A stretch of 64,000 bases of DNA, taken from assembly GCA_964016885.1 (NCBI GenBank), contig OZ024766.1, positions 21,700,001 to 21,764,000 on the forward strand, given 5' to 3'. The DNA comes from Eledone cirrhosa. Taxonomy: Eukaryota. The notes under the pieces are model-generated. The model was given only the letters and a program-made list of their open reading frames with translations. It made no database searches and was not told the DNA's origin. The position numbers were made by a program, and so were the translations under genes. Below, piece by piece: positions 24,968 to 41,143 of this stretch. How positions within the stretch are numbered: position 1 is the stretch's first letter; the number at the start of each line of letters is the position of its first letter.

Positions 24968-26755
24968 TTAACTCTTCAGCATTTACATTACTCTATATAT
25001 ACTATTGTATTGTCACAGTAAAGGCTTTACCTCACATAATATCTCACATAACATTTACATTACTCTATATATACTATTGTATTGTCACAGTAAAGGCTTT
25101 ACCTCACATAATATCTCACATAACATTTACATTACTCTATATATACTATTGTATTGTCACAGTAAAGGCTTTACCTCACATAATATCTCACATAACATTT
25201 ACATTACTCTATATATACTATTGTATTGTCACAGTAAAGGCTTTACCTCACATAATATCTCACATAACATTTACATTACTCTATATATACTATTGTATTG
25301 TCACAGTAAAGGCTTTACCTCACATAATATCTCACATAACATTTACATTACTCTATATATACTATTGTATTGTCACAGTAAAGGCTTTACCTCACATAAT
25401 ATCTCACATAACATTTACATTACTCTATATATACTATTGTATTGTCACAGTAAAGGCTTTACCTCACATAATATCTCACATAACATTTACATTACTCTAT
25501 ATATACTATTGTATTGTCACAGTAAAGGCTTTACCTCACATAATATCTCACATAACATTTACATTACTCTATATATACTATTGTATTGTCACAGTAAAGG
25601 CTTTACCTCACATAATATCTCACATAACATTTACATTACTCTATATATACTATTGTATTGTCACAGTAAAGGCTTTACCTCACATAATATCTCACATAAC
25701 ATCTACATTACTCTATATATACTATTGTATTGTCACAGTAAAGGCTTTACCTCACATAACATTTACATTACTCTATATATACTATTGTATTGTCACAGTA
25801 AAGGCTTTACCTCACATAATATCTCACATAACATTTACATTACTCTATATATACTATTGTATTGTCACAGTAAAGGCTTTACCTCACATAATATCTCACA
25901 TAACATTTACATTACTCTATATATACTATTGTATTGTCACAGTAAAGGCTTTACCTCACATAATATCTCACATAACATTTACATTACTCTATATATACTA
26001 TTGTATTGTCACAGTAAAGGCTTTACCTCACATAATATCTCACATAACATTTACATTACTCTATATATACTATTGTATTGTCACAGTAAAGGCTTTACCT
26101 CACATAATATCTCACATAACATCTACATTACTCTATATATACTATTGTATTGTCACAGTAAAGGCTTTACCTCACATAACATTTACATTACTCTATATAT
26201 ACTATTGTATTGTCACAGTAAAGGCTTTACCTCACATAATATCTCACATAACATTTACATTACTCTATATATACTATTGTATTGTCACAGTAAAGGCTTT
26301 ACCTCACATAATATCTCACATAACATTTACATTACTCTATATATACTATTGTATTGTCACAGTAAAGGCTTTACCTCACATAATATCTCACATAACATTT
26401 ACATTACTCTATATATACTATTGTATTGTCACAGTAAAGGCTTTACTTCACATAATATCTCACATAACATTTACATTACTCTATATATACTATTGTATTG
26501 TCACAGTAAAGGCTTTACCTCACATAATACCTCACATAACATTTACATTACTCTATATATACTATTGTATTGTCACAGTAAAGGGTTTATCTCACATAAT
26601 ATCTCACATAATATCGAATATATGAGATTTTGAAAGTATTTATTTTGAGAACAATACCTTAACATCAGTTTGAGTGACCAGTTACAGCCAGTTTCAACAG
26701 AAAGAGGTGAGAGAATTCTGGCTGGTTTTGGGCAGTTTGAACACTAAAGGGTTAA
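24968..26755. mobile_element. piggyBac-like MITE (TTAA ends) carrying an internal 72-bp array (~23 units)
   Basis: TTAA-ctcttcagc ... cactaaaggg-TTAA; 72-nt period from 24980 to 26612; second copy at 59764-60721. Confidence 0.75.
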
Positions 26756-26898
26756 ATGGATGACAAATTGAAAACTGTGGTTGGGTAGGGGAATGGCACG
26801 ACTGCCACTACAACAATGAAAATACAGGTTTTGTACTCACATACAGATCGAGCTCCCCCTGCCTGTCTAGCCTCATCTCTCTGCTGTTTCATTCCCAG

Positions 26899-27103
26899 AT
26901 ACCCGACTATCGTAATGCGGTCATCGTCTCTCGCAATGCTAATTCAGTGAAGCGAGTGACATCGTACGCCGAGAGATTAGGCCTGGGGATCGCTGTCATC
27001 CACGGGGAGGAGAAAGAGGCCAACAGCGAAGATGGACGTAACTCACCCCCGCTCCCTGGTCAGGACCGCGGAAAGTTGATTTACGAACTGGAATATCTAC
27101 CGA
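26899..27103 (+). CDS. PRPSAP2: PRPSAP coding exon 6 ([51 protein letters not shown]...YLP)
   Basis: [10 protein letters not shown] and the PRPSAP-specific IHGE...DGRxSPP insertion; A|gtaagt donor. Confidence 0.97.
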
Positions 27104-27493
27104 GTAAGTTGTCTGTTGTTGTTGTTACAGTTGTAGGCTGTAATATATAATGTGATGTAGTCATAGTGTTGTTTTGTACTAAATGTTTATAGTATCTTTA
27201 CTGGTGGACAGATTGTTGTGAATATTTACAGTATTACAGTAAAGACTTTAATATTTAATGTGATGTAGTCATAGTGTTGTTTTGTACTAAATGTTTATAG
27301 TATCTTTACTGGTGGACAGATTGTTGTGAATATTTACAGTATTACAGTAAAGACTTTAATGTTATGACTGACTAATGCAACTTCGTGTGTAACAGAGCGT
27401 TGTTAGTTAGAGGGAAAACATTTGTTACAATAAATTTTCGTTACCACCGCAATGTCAACTGTATTTGTCTGTATTTGTGTATCTTTTCTGCAG

Positions 27494-27564
27494 TGCTACA
27501 AGCCAAAGAGAAACCTCCCCTTAACGTGGTTGGTGATGTTGGAGGTAGAATTGCCATTATTGTG
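27494..27564 (+). CDS. PRPSAP2: PRPSAP coding exon 7 (MLQAKEKPPLNVVGDVGGRIAIIV)
   Basis: KEKPP..VVGDVGGRIAIIV; tgcag acceptor and gtaagt donor. Confidence 0.98.
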
Positions 27565-27594
27565 GTAAGTTCCCCCCCCCTCTCTCTCTCTCTC

Positions 27595-27645
<51 letters not shown>

Positions 27646-27708
27646 CTCTCTCTCTATATATATTAAAATACAAATATAAATAAAATAGATGTTCTTTTGA
27701 TCAATTAC

Positions 27709-27761
27709 ATTTTATTATACATATTTCGGAGGCACAACAGTACGTCCTCATCAGACAAAAC
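27709..27761 (-). ncRNA. Minimal type I hammerhead ribozyme (left arm of intronic palindrome)
   Basis: Minus strand: GTTTTGT-CTGATGA-[ggacgtac tgtt gtgcctcc]-GAAA-TATGTA-TA^-ATAAAAT. Confidence 0.75.
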
Positions 27762-27847
27762 ATAATGATATATAATGACATACCCTGAGATGTTAAATGA
27801 TTAAATCTTAACCATTTAACATCTCAGGGTATGTCATGTATCATTAT

Positions 27848-27900
27848 ATTTTGTCTGATGAGGACGTTCTGTTGTACATCCGAAATATGTATAATAAAAT
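27848..27900 (+). ncRNA. Minimal type I hammerhead ribozyme, sense to PRPSAP intron 7, predicted cleavage after 27893
   Basis: ATTTTGT-CTGATGA-[ggacgt tctgttgt acatcc]-GAAA-TATGTA-TA^-ATAAAAT; stem I extends to 10 bp with G-U pairs. Confidence 0.8.
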
Positions 27901-28122
27901 GTAATTGATCAAAAGAACATCTATTTTATTAATACTTATATTTTAATATTAATAACTACAGAAAATTATTTTTAGCAGTAGAGTGCTTCCAGTCTACTGT
28001 AAAACTCATTCTTTGATATACTCATTGAATCTTGTTTAACACTTTAATATATATATATGTATAATATATATATATATATATATGTATAATATATATATAT
28101 ATATATGTATAGAAATAGCCTC

Positions 28123-28206
28123 TACAGGACTAGGACTGTTTCATTCGGGAGAAATCATCAGGCTGCCCTGACGATTTCTCCCGAATGAAACAGTTCTAGT
28201 CCTGTA
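28123..28206. ncRNA. Degenerate back-to-back hammerhead pair forming an 84-bp palindrome
   Basis: Plus strand CTGACGA-tttctcccgaat-GAAA-CAG ttctagtc CTG-TA; minus strand the same with CTGATGA; stem I cannot form. Confidence 0.5.
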
Positions 28207-28313
28207 TGTTTTTGCTTTGGTTGTCCGCTCCCTTCCAACTTTCAGAACCTTCCGACAGCCTTGCCCCTCTTCTAACACTCACCTCTCCCTAAACTCGTCC
28301 CTATACATTACAG

Positions 28314-28460
28314 GATGATATGGTAGACGAAGTGAGACCCTTCGTGAAAATTGCCGAAGCCCTTAAAAACAGGGGCGCGTACAAGATATATGTAATGGCC
28401 ACCCATGGAATCCTGTCATCAGATGCACCCAAACTTATCGAGGACTCCCCTATTGATGAG
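28314..28460 (+). CDS. PRPSAP2: PRPSAP coding exon 8 ([49 protein letters not shown])
   Basis: [19 protein letters not shown] signature; cag acceptor and gtaatg donor. Confidence 0.98.
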
Positions 28461-28502
28461 GTAATGTGGATAACGGGCTCCGGTTTAGGAGTTTATATAT
28501 AG

Positions 28503-32921
<4,419 letters not shown>

Positions 32922-33470
32922 CTGGGACCAATCCAGTTGACCACCGAGTCCATTGTCATGATCAAACCGCCACCCTCCTTCAAAAACGAAGGAGAGGCGG
33001 TTTTCCTTTGTGTGATAGCTATGGCGAAAGAGGTTGTATGGTGGACAAGGTTGAAAGGGCTGAGGTCAGACACCTTTCTCTCCGGCCAACAACTGATTCT
33101 TTTTTTCAAATACCACTTTGGAAGAAGAGTCAGGATGGAGAGAGAGGTGCTGTACCCCAGCAAGTTTTATGAAAGGTGGGTGAAAGTGGCGAGAATGGCC
33201 CGAGTGAATGGGCCTTCTCTCTATATCAGCCTGTAGATTGAGGAAAAGGAGGAGGAGAGGAAAGGAGTACAAGCTCTTCGTACTCCTGGAGATGAGGGTT
33301 GCACATTTTTTCGGGGGTATGTGTTACCCATATGAACTGTCTCCCCTATTGGGGAAAATCGACTAACTTTTAAATTCCATCTGTGATAACATTTTACACG
33401 TTTTTATTGTATGTAAACTTCCCCCTTTGTATTTGTCCCCTTCTTTTGTGCCCCTGTGGCTAATAAAGAA
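32922..33470 (+). mobile_element. L1/Tx1-like LINE 3' fragment (ORF2 C-terminus plus 3' UTR with AATAAA)
   Basis: FLCVIAMAKEVVWWTR...F...W resembles the AK..IW..R C-terminal motif of L1/Tx1 ORF2; several inverted copies at 11719-13155. Confidence 0.65.
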
Positions 33471-33591
33471 ATATATATATATCTACCTGTCTCTATATAT
33501 ATCTATATATATATCTCTCTATATCTACCTGTCTCTCTATATCTACCTGTCTATATATATATCTCTCCCTGTCTCTCTGTCTCTCCCACAG

Positions 33592-33750
33592 GTGGTAGTC
33601 ACCAACACAATCCCCCACGACATACAGAAGTTACAATGCCATAAGATCAAGACTGTAGATGTCAGTGTGATGTTGGTGGAGGCGATACGCAGAATACATT
33701 ATGGCGAGTCCATGTCGTATCTTTTCAAGAATATCGGATATAATGACTAG
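33592..33750 (+). CDS. PRPSAP2: PRPSAP terminal coding exon 9 ([52 protein letters not shown])
   Basis: VVVTNTIPH...[15 protein letters not shown] signature; TAG at 33748-33750; the joined CDS is 1110 nt and in frame. Confidence 0.98.
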   Translation: MVVTNTIPHDIQKLQCHKIKTVDVSVMLVEAIRRIHYGESMSYLFKNIGYND

Positions 33751-33873
33751 ATATCTTGTGTTTCTATACACATGCAGGTATATATATGTATGGGAGTGTG
33801 TGTGTGTATATATAAATATATATATACATATGTATATATATTTATATACATAAAAATAAAATATGTATGTATA

Positions 33874-33916
<43 letters not shown>

Positions 33917-33970
33917 ATATATATATATATGTGTGTGTGTGTATATATACATATATATATACATATGTAA

Positions 33971-34048
<78 letters not shown>

Positions 34049-34218
34049 GTATATATATATGTATATATATATATTTGTATATATATATATATATTTGTAT
34101 ATATATATATATATGTATATATAGATATATACACATATGTATATACATACATATGTATGTATATATATATATATATATATATATACATACATATGTATAT
34201 ATATATATACATATATAC

Positions 34219-34283
<65 letters not shown>

Positions 34284-34665
34284 CATATGTATATATATAT
34301 ATATATACATACATATGTATATATATATATATATACATACATATGTATATATGTGTATATATACATACATATGTATATATGTGTATATATACATACATAT
34401 GTATATATACACATACATATGCATATACATAAAAATATATACATATATATACATATGTATATATACACATACATATATATGAATATAAATATATATATGC
34501 ATACACATATATATATATATATACATATATGCACATACATATAAAAATATATATATATACACACATATATGTATATATATATACACACATACACACATAC
34601 ATATAAAAAAAAAATATATATATATATACACACAAATATGTATATATATACACACACACACATAT

Positions 34666-34709
<44 letters not shown>

Positions 34710-35461
34710 CTACACAAGAAAGAGCTATAGTCTGTATATCAACAAGGTTTAAATAAATATATGTATTTTTGGCTCCCTCCCTCCCTAGCTCTCTCTTCCT
34801 CTCTAGCTCTCCCTCTGTAGCTTTCCATCTAGCTCTCTTTCTGTGTAGTCTCTGTAGCTCTTATTTAGCTCTCTCTCTGTAGCTCTTCCTCTAGCTCTCC
34901 CTCTCTAGCTCTCTCTCTCTCTGTAGTCTCTAGCCCTTCTATAGAGCTCTCTTCTAGCTCTTATATAGCTCTCCATCCTGGCTCCCTGTCTCTCCCTCTG
35001 TAGCTCTCCAGTTAGCTCTCTTTCTTTGTGTAGTATCTCTAGCTCTTCCATAACTCTACATCTGACTCTCCATTGCTCTCATTCCTGGCTCTCTCTCTCT
35101 CTCTCTCTCTCTCCTTTAGTCTCCTCTATACCTCTCCCTCTCCCCTATAGCTCTTCTCCCCACCTCTCTCTCACTCTCTAGTTCCTCTCCCCTCTCTCTC
35201 CTATAACTCTCTCTCTTCCCCCCTCCTCCTATAGCTCCCTGTCTATCTGTAGCCCTCTCTCTCTCCCTCTCTCTCATAGCTCCCTCTATAGCTATTCCCC
35301 CCCCTCTCTCTCTCTCTAGTTACTTTCCCCCTCTCTCCCTCCCCCTCCCTCACCATCCATCCATTCTTACTGGAACAACAACAACACCATCACTATCACC
35401 AAGAGATGGTGATGTTGCATTGTTGCTGTGCATGTCACTGCAATTTCTCGTGCAACTCTTC

Positions 35462-36475
35462 CTGCACCAGATGCAGGTCTCTTGCAGCTAGTCCAGATGC
35501 TGCACCAGATGTGGTCTCTTGCAGCTAGTCCAGATGCTGGAACTGATGGTGCAGCAGATGCAGGTCTCTTGCAGCTAGTCCAGATGCTGCACCAGATGTG
35601 GTCTCTTGCAGCTAGTCTAGATGCTGGAACTGATGGTGCACCAGATGCAGGTCTCTTGCAGCTAGTCTAGATGCTGGAACTGATGGTGCACCAGTATGCA
35701 GGTCTCTTGCAGCTAGTCCAGATGCTGGAACTGATGGTGCACCAGATGCAGGTCTCTTGCAGCTAGTCCAGATGCTGGAACTGATGGTGCACCAGATGCA
35801 GGTCTCTTGCAGCTAGTCCAGATGCTGGAACTGATGGTGCACCAGATGCAGGTCTCTTGCAGCTAGTCCAGATGCTGGAACTGATGGTGCACCAGTATGC
35901 AGGTCTCTTGCAGCTACTCCAGCTGTGGAAACTCTGCACCAGATAAAGGATATATTGCTACTCTAGATGCTGGAATTCTGGTTGCAACAGATGCAAACAA
36001 TTTAGCTGCACCAGAAGGATATATTGCTAGTCTCCAGATGTTGGAAATCTGGTTGTAACAGATGCAGCTCTAGCCTAGTGATCAGAATCATCGCTCTGCC
36101 AGATGTAGGATGTATTGCTAGTCCAGATGTCAAAATGTGTAGCTGCGCCAGTTGTAAGTCTTATAGCTAGTCCAGATGTCAAAATGTGTAGCTGCGCCAG
36201 TTGTAAGTCTTATAGCTAGTCCAGTTGTCAGAATCATGGCTGCACCAGATGCAAAATTTGTGGCTACCAGATGTAGGATATATTTGCTAGTCCAGATGTC
36301 GAAATTTGAGGTTCACCAGATGCAGAATACATTTGCTAGTCCAGATGTCAAAATTTGAGCTTTACCCGTTGTAGGTCTTATATCTAGTCCAGATGTTGGA
36401 ACTCTGACGACCAACAGAGGCCAACATTTGTAAATTGTAACAGATGTAAAATATTTTCTAGTCCAGATGTCGAAA
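35462..36475. repeat. 50-bp tandem repeat (gcaccagatgcaggtctcttgcagctagtccagatgctggaactgatggt) decaying into gctagtccagatg-anchored degenerate units
   Basis: Period 50 over ~35620-35920, with diverged copies on both sides. Confidence 0.85.
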
Positions 36476-36701
36476 TTAGTGAGTGCATCTTCACCACCAT
36501 CATCTCAACAGCAGCATCAGTAATGTACACGGTCAATTGGTACACCCACCACCACCACCACCATCAGCTACAGCAGTTGTTCCAACACCACCACCACCAC
36601 AATTCATGACTGACAAACAACAACAACAACAGCAGCAACAACAAAAATATTGCTGAGCTGTTTTTTTTTTATATATATTGTTGTGTTTTTTTTTCCTTGG
36701 C

Positions 36702-36707
36702 AATAAA
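36702..36707 (+). terminator. Candidate polyadenylation signal for a long PRPSAP 3' UTR
   Basis: AATAAA flanked by U-rich sequence on both sides; other AATAAA at ~33855 and ~34752 are alternatives. Confidence 0.3.
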
Positions 36708-36757
36708 CTAAATTGATTTTTTATTTTCGTTCTTGTTTTTGGGATTTTTTTCTATTT

Positions 36758-39700
36758 GGAGAAGTAGCAGCTCTACCTGGAGTGACTCTCCAGTGATTCT
36801 TACCTGAGACATTCTAACCACATGTCCATAGTATCAGAGCTGTGGTCTCTCAATTCAGAGAAGTAGCAGCTCTACCTGGAGTCACTCTCCAGTGATTCTT
36901 TCCTGAGACATTCTAACCACATGTCCATAGTATCAGAGCTGTGGTCTCTCAATTCAGAGAAGTAGCAGCTCTACCTGGAGTCACTCTCCAGTGATTCTTA
37001 CCTGAGACATTCTAACCACATGTCCATAGTATCAGAGCTGTGATCTCTCAATTCAGAGAAGTAGCAGCTCTACCTGGAGTGACTCTCCAGTGATTCTTAC
37101 CTGAGACATTCTAACCACATGTCCATAGTATCAGAGCTGTGGTCTCTCAATTCAGAGGAGTACCAGCTCTACCTGGAGTGACTCTCCAGTGATTCTTTCC
37201 TGAGACATTCTAACCACATGTCCATAGTATCAGAGCTGTGGTCTCTCAATTCAGAGAAGTAGCAGCTCTACCTGGAGTGACTCTCCAGTGATTCTTACCT
37301 GAGACATTCTAACCACATGTCCATAGTATCAGAGCTGTGATCTCTCAATTCAGAGGAGTACCAGCTCTACCTGGAGTGACTCTCCAGTGATTCTTACCTG
37401 AGACATTCTAACCACATGTCCATAGTATCAGAGCTGTGGTCTCTCAATTCAGAGAAGTAGCAGCTCTACCTGGAGTGACTCTCCAGTGATTCTTACCTGA
37501 GACATTCTAACCACATGTCCATAGTATCAGAGCTGTGGTCTCTCAATTCAGAGAAGTAGCAGCTCTACCTGGAGTGACTCTCCAGTGATTCTTACCTGAG
37601 ACATTCTAACCACATGTCCATAGTATCAGAGCTGTGATCTCTCAATTCAGAGGAGTACCAGCTCTACCTGGAGTGACTCTCCAGTGATTCTTACCTGAGA
37701 CATTCTAACCACATGTCTATAGTATCAGAGCTGTGGTCTCTCAATACAGAGAAGTAGCAGCTCTACCTGGAGTGACTCTCCAGTGATTCTTACCTGAGAC
37801 ATTCTAACCACATGTCCATAGTATCAGAGCTGTGATCTCTCAATTCAGAGGAGTAGCAGCTCTACCTGGAGTGACTCTCCAGTGATTCTTACCTGAGACA
37901 TTCTAACCACATGTCCATAGTATCAGAGCTGTGGTCTCTCAATTCAGAGGAGTACCAGCTCTACCTGGAGTGACTCTCCAGTGATTCTTACCTGAGACAT
38001 TCTAACCACATGTCCATAGTATCAGAGCTGTGGTCTCTCAATTCAGAGGAGTACCAGCTCTACCTGGAGTGACTCTCCAGTGATTCTTACCTCAGACATT
38101 CTAACCACATGTCCATAGTATCAGAGCTGTGGTCTCTCAATTCAGAGGAGTACCAGCTCTACCTGGAGTGACTCTCCAGTGATTCTTACCTGAGACATTC
38201 TAACCACATGTCTATAGTATCAGAGCTGTGGTCTCTCAATACAGAGAAGTAGCAGCTCTACCTGGAGTGACTCTCCAGTGATTCTTACCTGAGACATTCT
38301 AACCACATGTCCATAGTATCAGAGCTGTGATCTCTCAATTCAGAGGAGTAGCAGCTCTACCTGGAGTGACTCTCCAGTGATTCTTACCTGAGACATTCTA
38401 ACCACATGTCCATAGTATCAGAGCTGTGGTCTCTCAATTCAGAGGAGTAACAGCTCTACCTGGAGTGACTCTCCAGTGATTCTTTCCTGAGACATTCTAA
38501 CCACATGTCCATAGTATCAGAGCTGTGATCTCTCAATTCAGAGAAGTAGCAGCTCTACCTGGAGTGACTCTCCAGTGATTCTTTCCTGAGACATTCTAAC
38601 CACATGTCCATAGTATCAGAGCTGTGATCTCTCAATTCAGAGAAGTAGCAGCTCTACCTGGAGTGACTCTCCAGTGATTCTTACCTGAGACATTCTAACC
38701 ACATGTCCATAGTATCAGAGCTGTGATCTCTCAATTCAGAGAAATAACAGCTCTACCTGGAGTGACTCTCCAGTAATTCTTACCTGAGACATTCTAACCA
38801 CATGTCCATAGTATCAGAGCTGTGATCTCTCAATTCAGAGAAGTAGCAGCTCTACCTGGAGTGACACTCCAGTGATTCTTACCTGAGACATTCTAACCAC
38901 ATGTCCATAGTATCAGAGCTGTGGTCTCTCAATTCAGAGAAGTAGCAGCTCTACCTGGAGTGACTCTCCAGTGATTCTTACCTGAGACATTCTAACCACA
39001 TGTCCATAGTATCAGAGCTGTGATCTCTCAATTCAGAGGAGTAGCAGCTCTACCTGGAGTGACTCTCCAGTGATTCTTACCTGAGACATTCTAACCACAT
39101 GTCCATAGTATCAGAGCTGTGGTCTCTCAATTCAGAGGAGTACCAGCTCTACCTGGAGTGACTCTCCAGTGATTCTTACCTGAGACATTCTAACCACATG
39201 TCCATAGTATCAGAGCTGTGGTCTCTCAATTCAGAGGAGTACCAGCTCTACCTGGAGTGACTCTCCAGTAATTCTTACCTCAGACATTCTAACCACATGT
39301 CCATAGTATCAGAGCTGTGATCTCTCAATTCAGAGGAGTAGCAGCTCTACCTGGAGTGACTCTCCAGTGATTCTTACCTGAGACATTCTAACCACATGTC
39401 CATAGTATCAGAGCTGTGGTCTCTCAATTCAGAGGAGTAACAGCTCTACCTGGAGTGACTCTCCAGTGATTCTTTCCTGAGACATTCTAACCACATGTCC
39501 ATAGTATCAGAGCTGTGATCTCTCAATTCAGAGAAGTAGCAGCTCTACCTGGAGTGACTCTCCAGTGATTCTTTCCTGAGACATTCTAACCACATGTCCA
39601 TAGTATCAGAGCTGTGATCTCTCAATTCAGAGAAGTAGCAGCTCTACCTGGAGTGACTCTCCAGTGATTCTTACCTGAGACATTCTAACCACATGTCCAT

Positions 39701-41045
39701 AGTATCAGAGCTGTGATCTCTCAATTCAGAGAAATAACAGCTCTACCTGGAGTGACTCTCCAGTAATTCTTACCTGAGACATTCTAACCACATGTCCATA
39801 GTATCAGAGCTGTGATCTCTCAATTCAGAGAAGTAGCAGCTCTACCTGGAGTGACTCTCCAGTGATTCTTTCCTGAGACATTCTAACCACATGTCCATAG
39901 TATCAGAGCTGTGGTCTCTCAATTCAGAGAAGTAGCAGCTCTACCTGGAGTGACTCTCCAGTGATTCTTTCCTGAGACATTCTAACCACATGTCCATAGT
40001 ATCAGAGCTGTGGTCTCTCAATTCAGAGAAGTAGCAGCTCTACCTGGAGTGACTCTCCAGTGATTCTTACCTGAGACATTCTAACCACATGTCCATAGTA
40101 TCAGAGCTGTGGTCTCTCAATTCAGAGAAGTAACAGCTCTACCTGGAGTGACTCTCCAGTGATTCTTACCTGAGACATTCTAACCACATGTCCATAGTAT
40201 CAGAGCTGTGGTCTCTCAATTCAGAGAAGTAGCAGCTCTACCTGGAGTGACTCTCCAGTGATTCTTACCTGAGACATTCTAACCACATGTCCATAGTATC
40301 AGAGCTGTGATCTCTCAATTCAGAGAAGTAGCAGCTCTACCTGGAGTGACTCCAGTGATTCTTTCCTGAGACATTCTAACCACATGTCCATAGTATCAGA
40401 GCTGTGGTCTCTCAATTCAGAGAAGCAGCAGCTCTACCTGGAGTGACTCTCCAGTGATTCTTTCCTGAGACATTCTAACCACATGTCCATAGTATCAGAG
40501 CTGTGATCTCTCAATTCAGAGAAGTAACAGCTCTACCTGGAGTGACTCTCCAGTGATTCTTTCCTGAGACATTCTAACCACATGTCCATGGTATCAGAGC
40601 TGTGCTCTCTCAATTCAGAGGAGTACCAGCTCTACCTGGAGTGACTCTCCAGTGATTCTTTCCTGAGACATTCTAACCACATGTCCATAATATCAGAGCT
40701 GTGATCTCTCAATCCAGAGAAGTAGCAGCTCTACCTGGAGTGACTCTCCAGTGATTCTTTCCTGAGACATTCTAACCACATGTCCATAGTATCAGAGCTG
40801 TGATCTCTCAATCCAGAGAAGTAGCAGCTCTACCTGGAGTGACTCTCCAGTGATTCTTTCCTGAGACATTCTAACCACATGTCCATAGTATCAGAGCTGT
40901 GGTCTCTCAATTCAGAGAAGTAGCAGCTCTACCTGGAATGACTCTCCAGTGATTCTTTCCTGAGACATTCTAACCACATGTCCATAGTATCAGAGCTGTG
41001 GTCTCTCAATTCAGAGAAGTAGCAGCTCTACCTGGAGTGACTCCC
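36758..41045 (-). repeat. 99-bp satellite, ~43 copies, derived from RTE ORF2
   Basis: Period 99; the unit on minus is ESLQVELLLL*IER(P/S)QL*YYGHVVRMSQ(V/E)RITG; the flank 41045-41105 continues as FLCRI..QDRVCSSKIRESL. Confidence 0.92.
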
Positions 41046-41143
41046 TGATCTTTGAGCTACACACTCTGTCTTGTATCGTTATCTCCAAAAATCCTACAGA
41101 GGAACGCCACAGGAAGGCCGCCACCCAGCCATAAATTTTATGT

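Noticed and set aside
35620-35920. CTGATGG plus tgca hairpin in the 50-bp repeat as tandem ribozymes
   Set aside because: Core mismatch and no GAAA
36758-41045. Minus-strand cag|gtaaga...ctccag| in every 99-mer suggesting tandem exons
   Set aside because: The implied intron is only 27 nt, all frames of the 72-nt piece contain stops, and the RTE ORF2 origin explains the sequence
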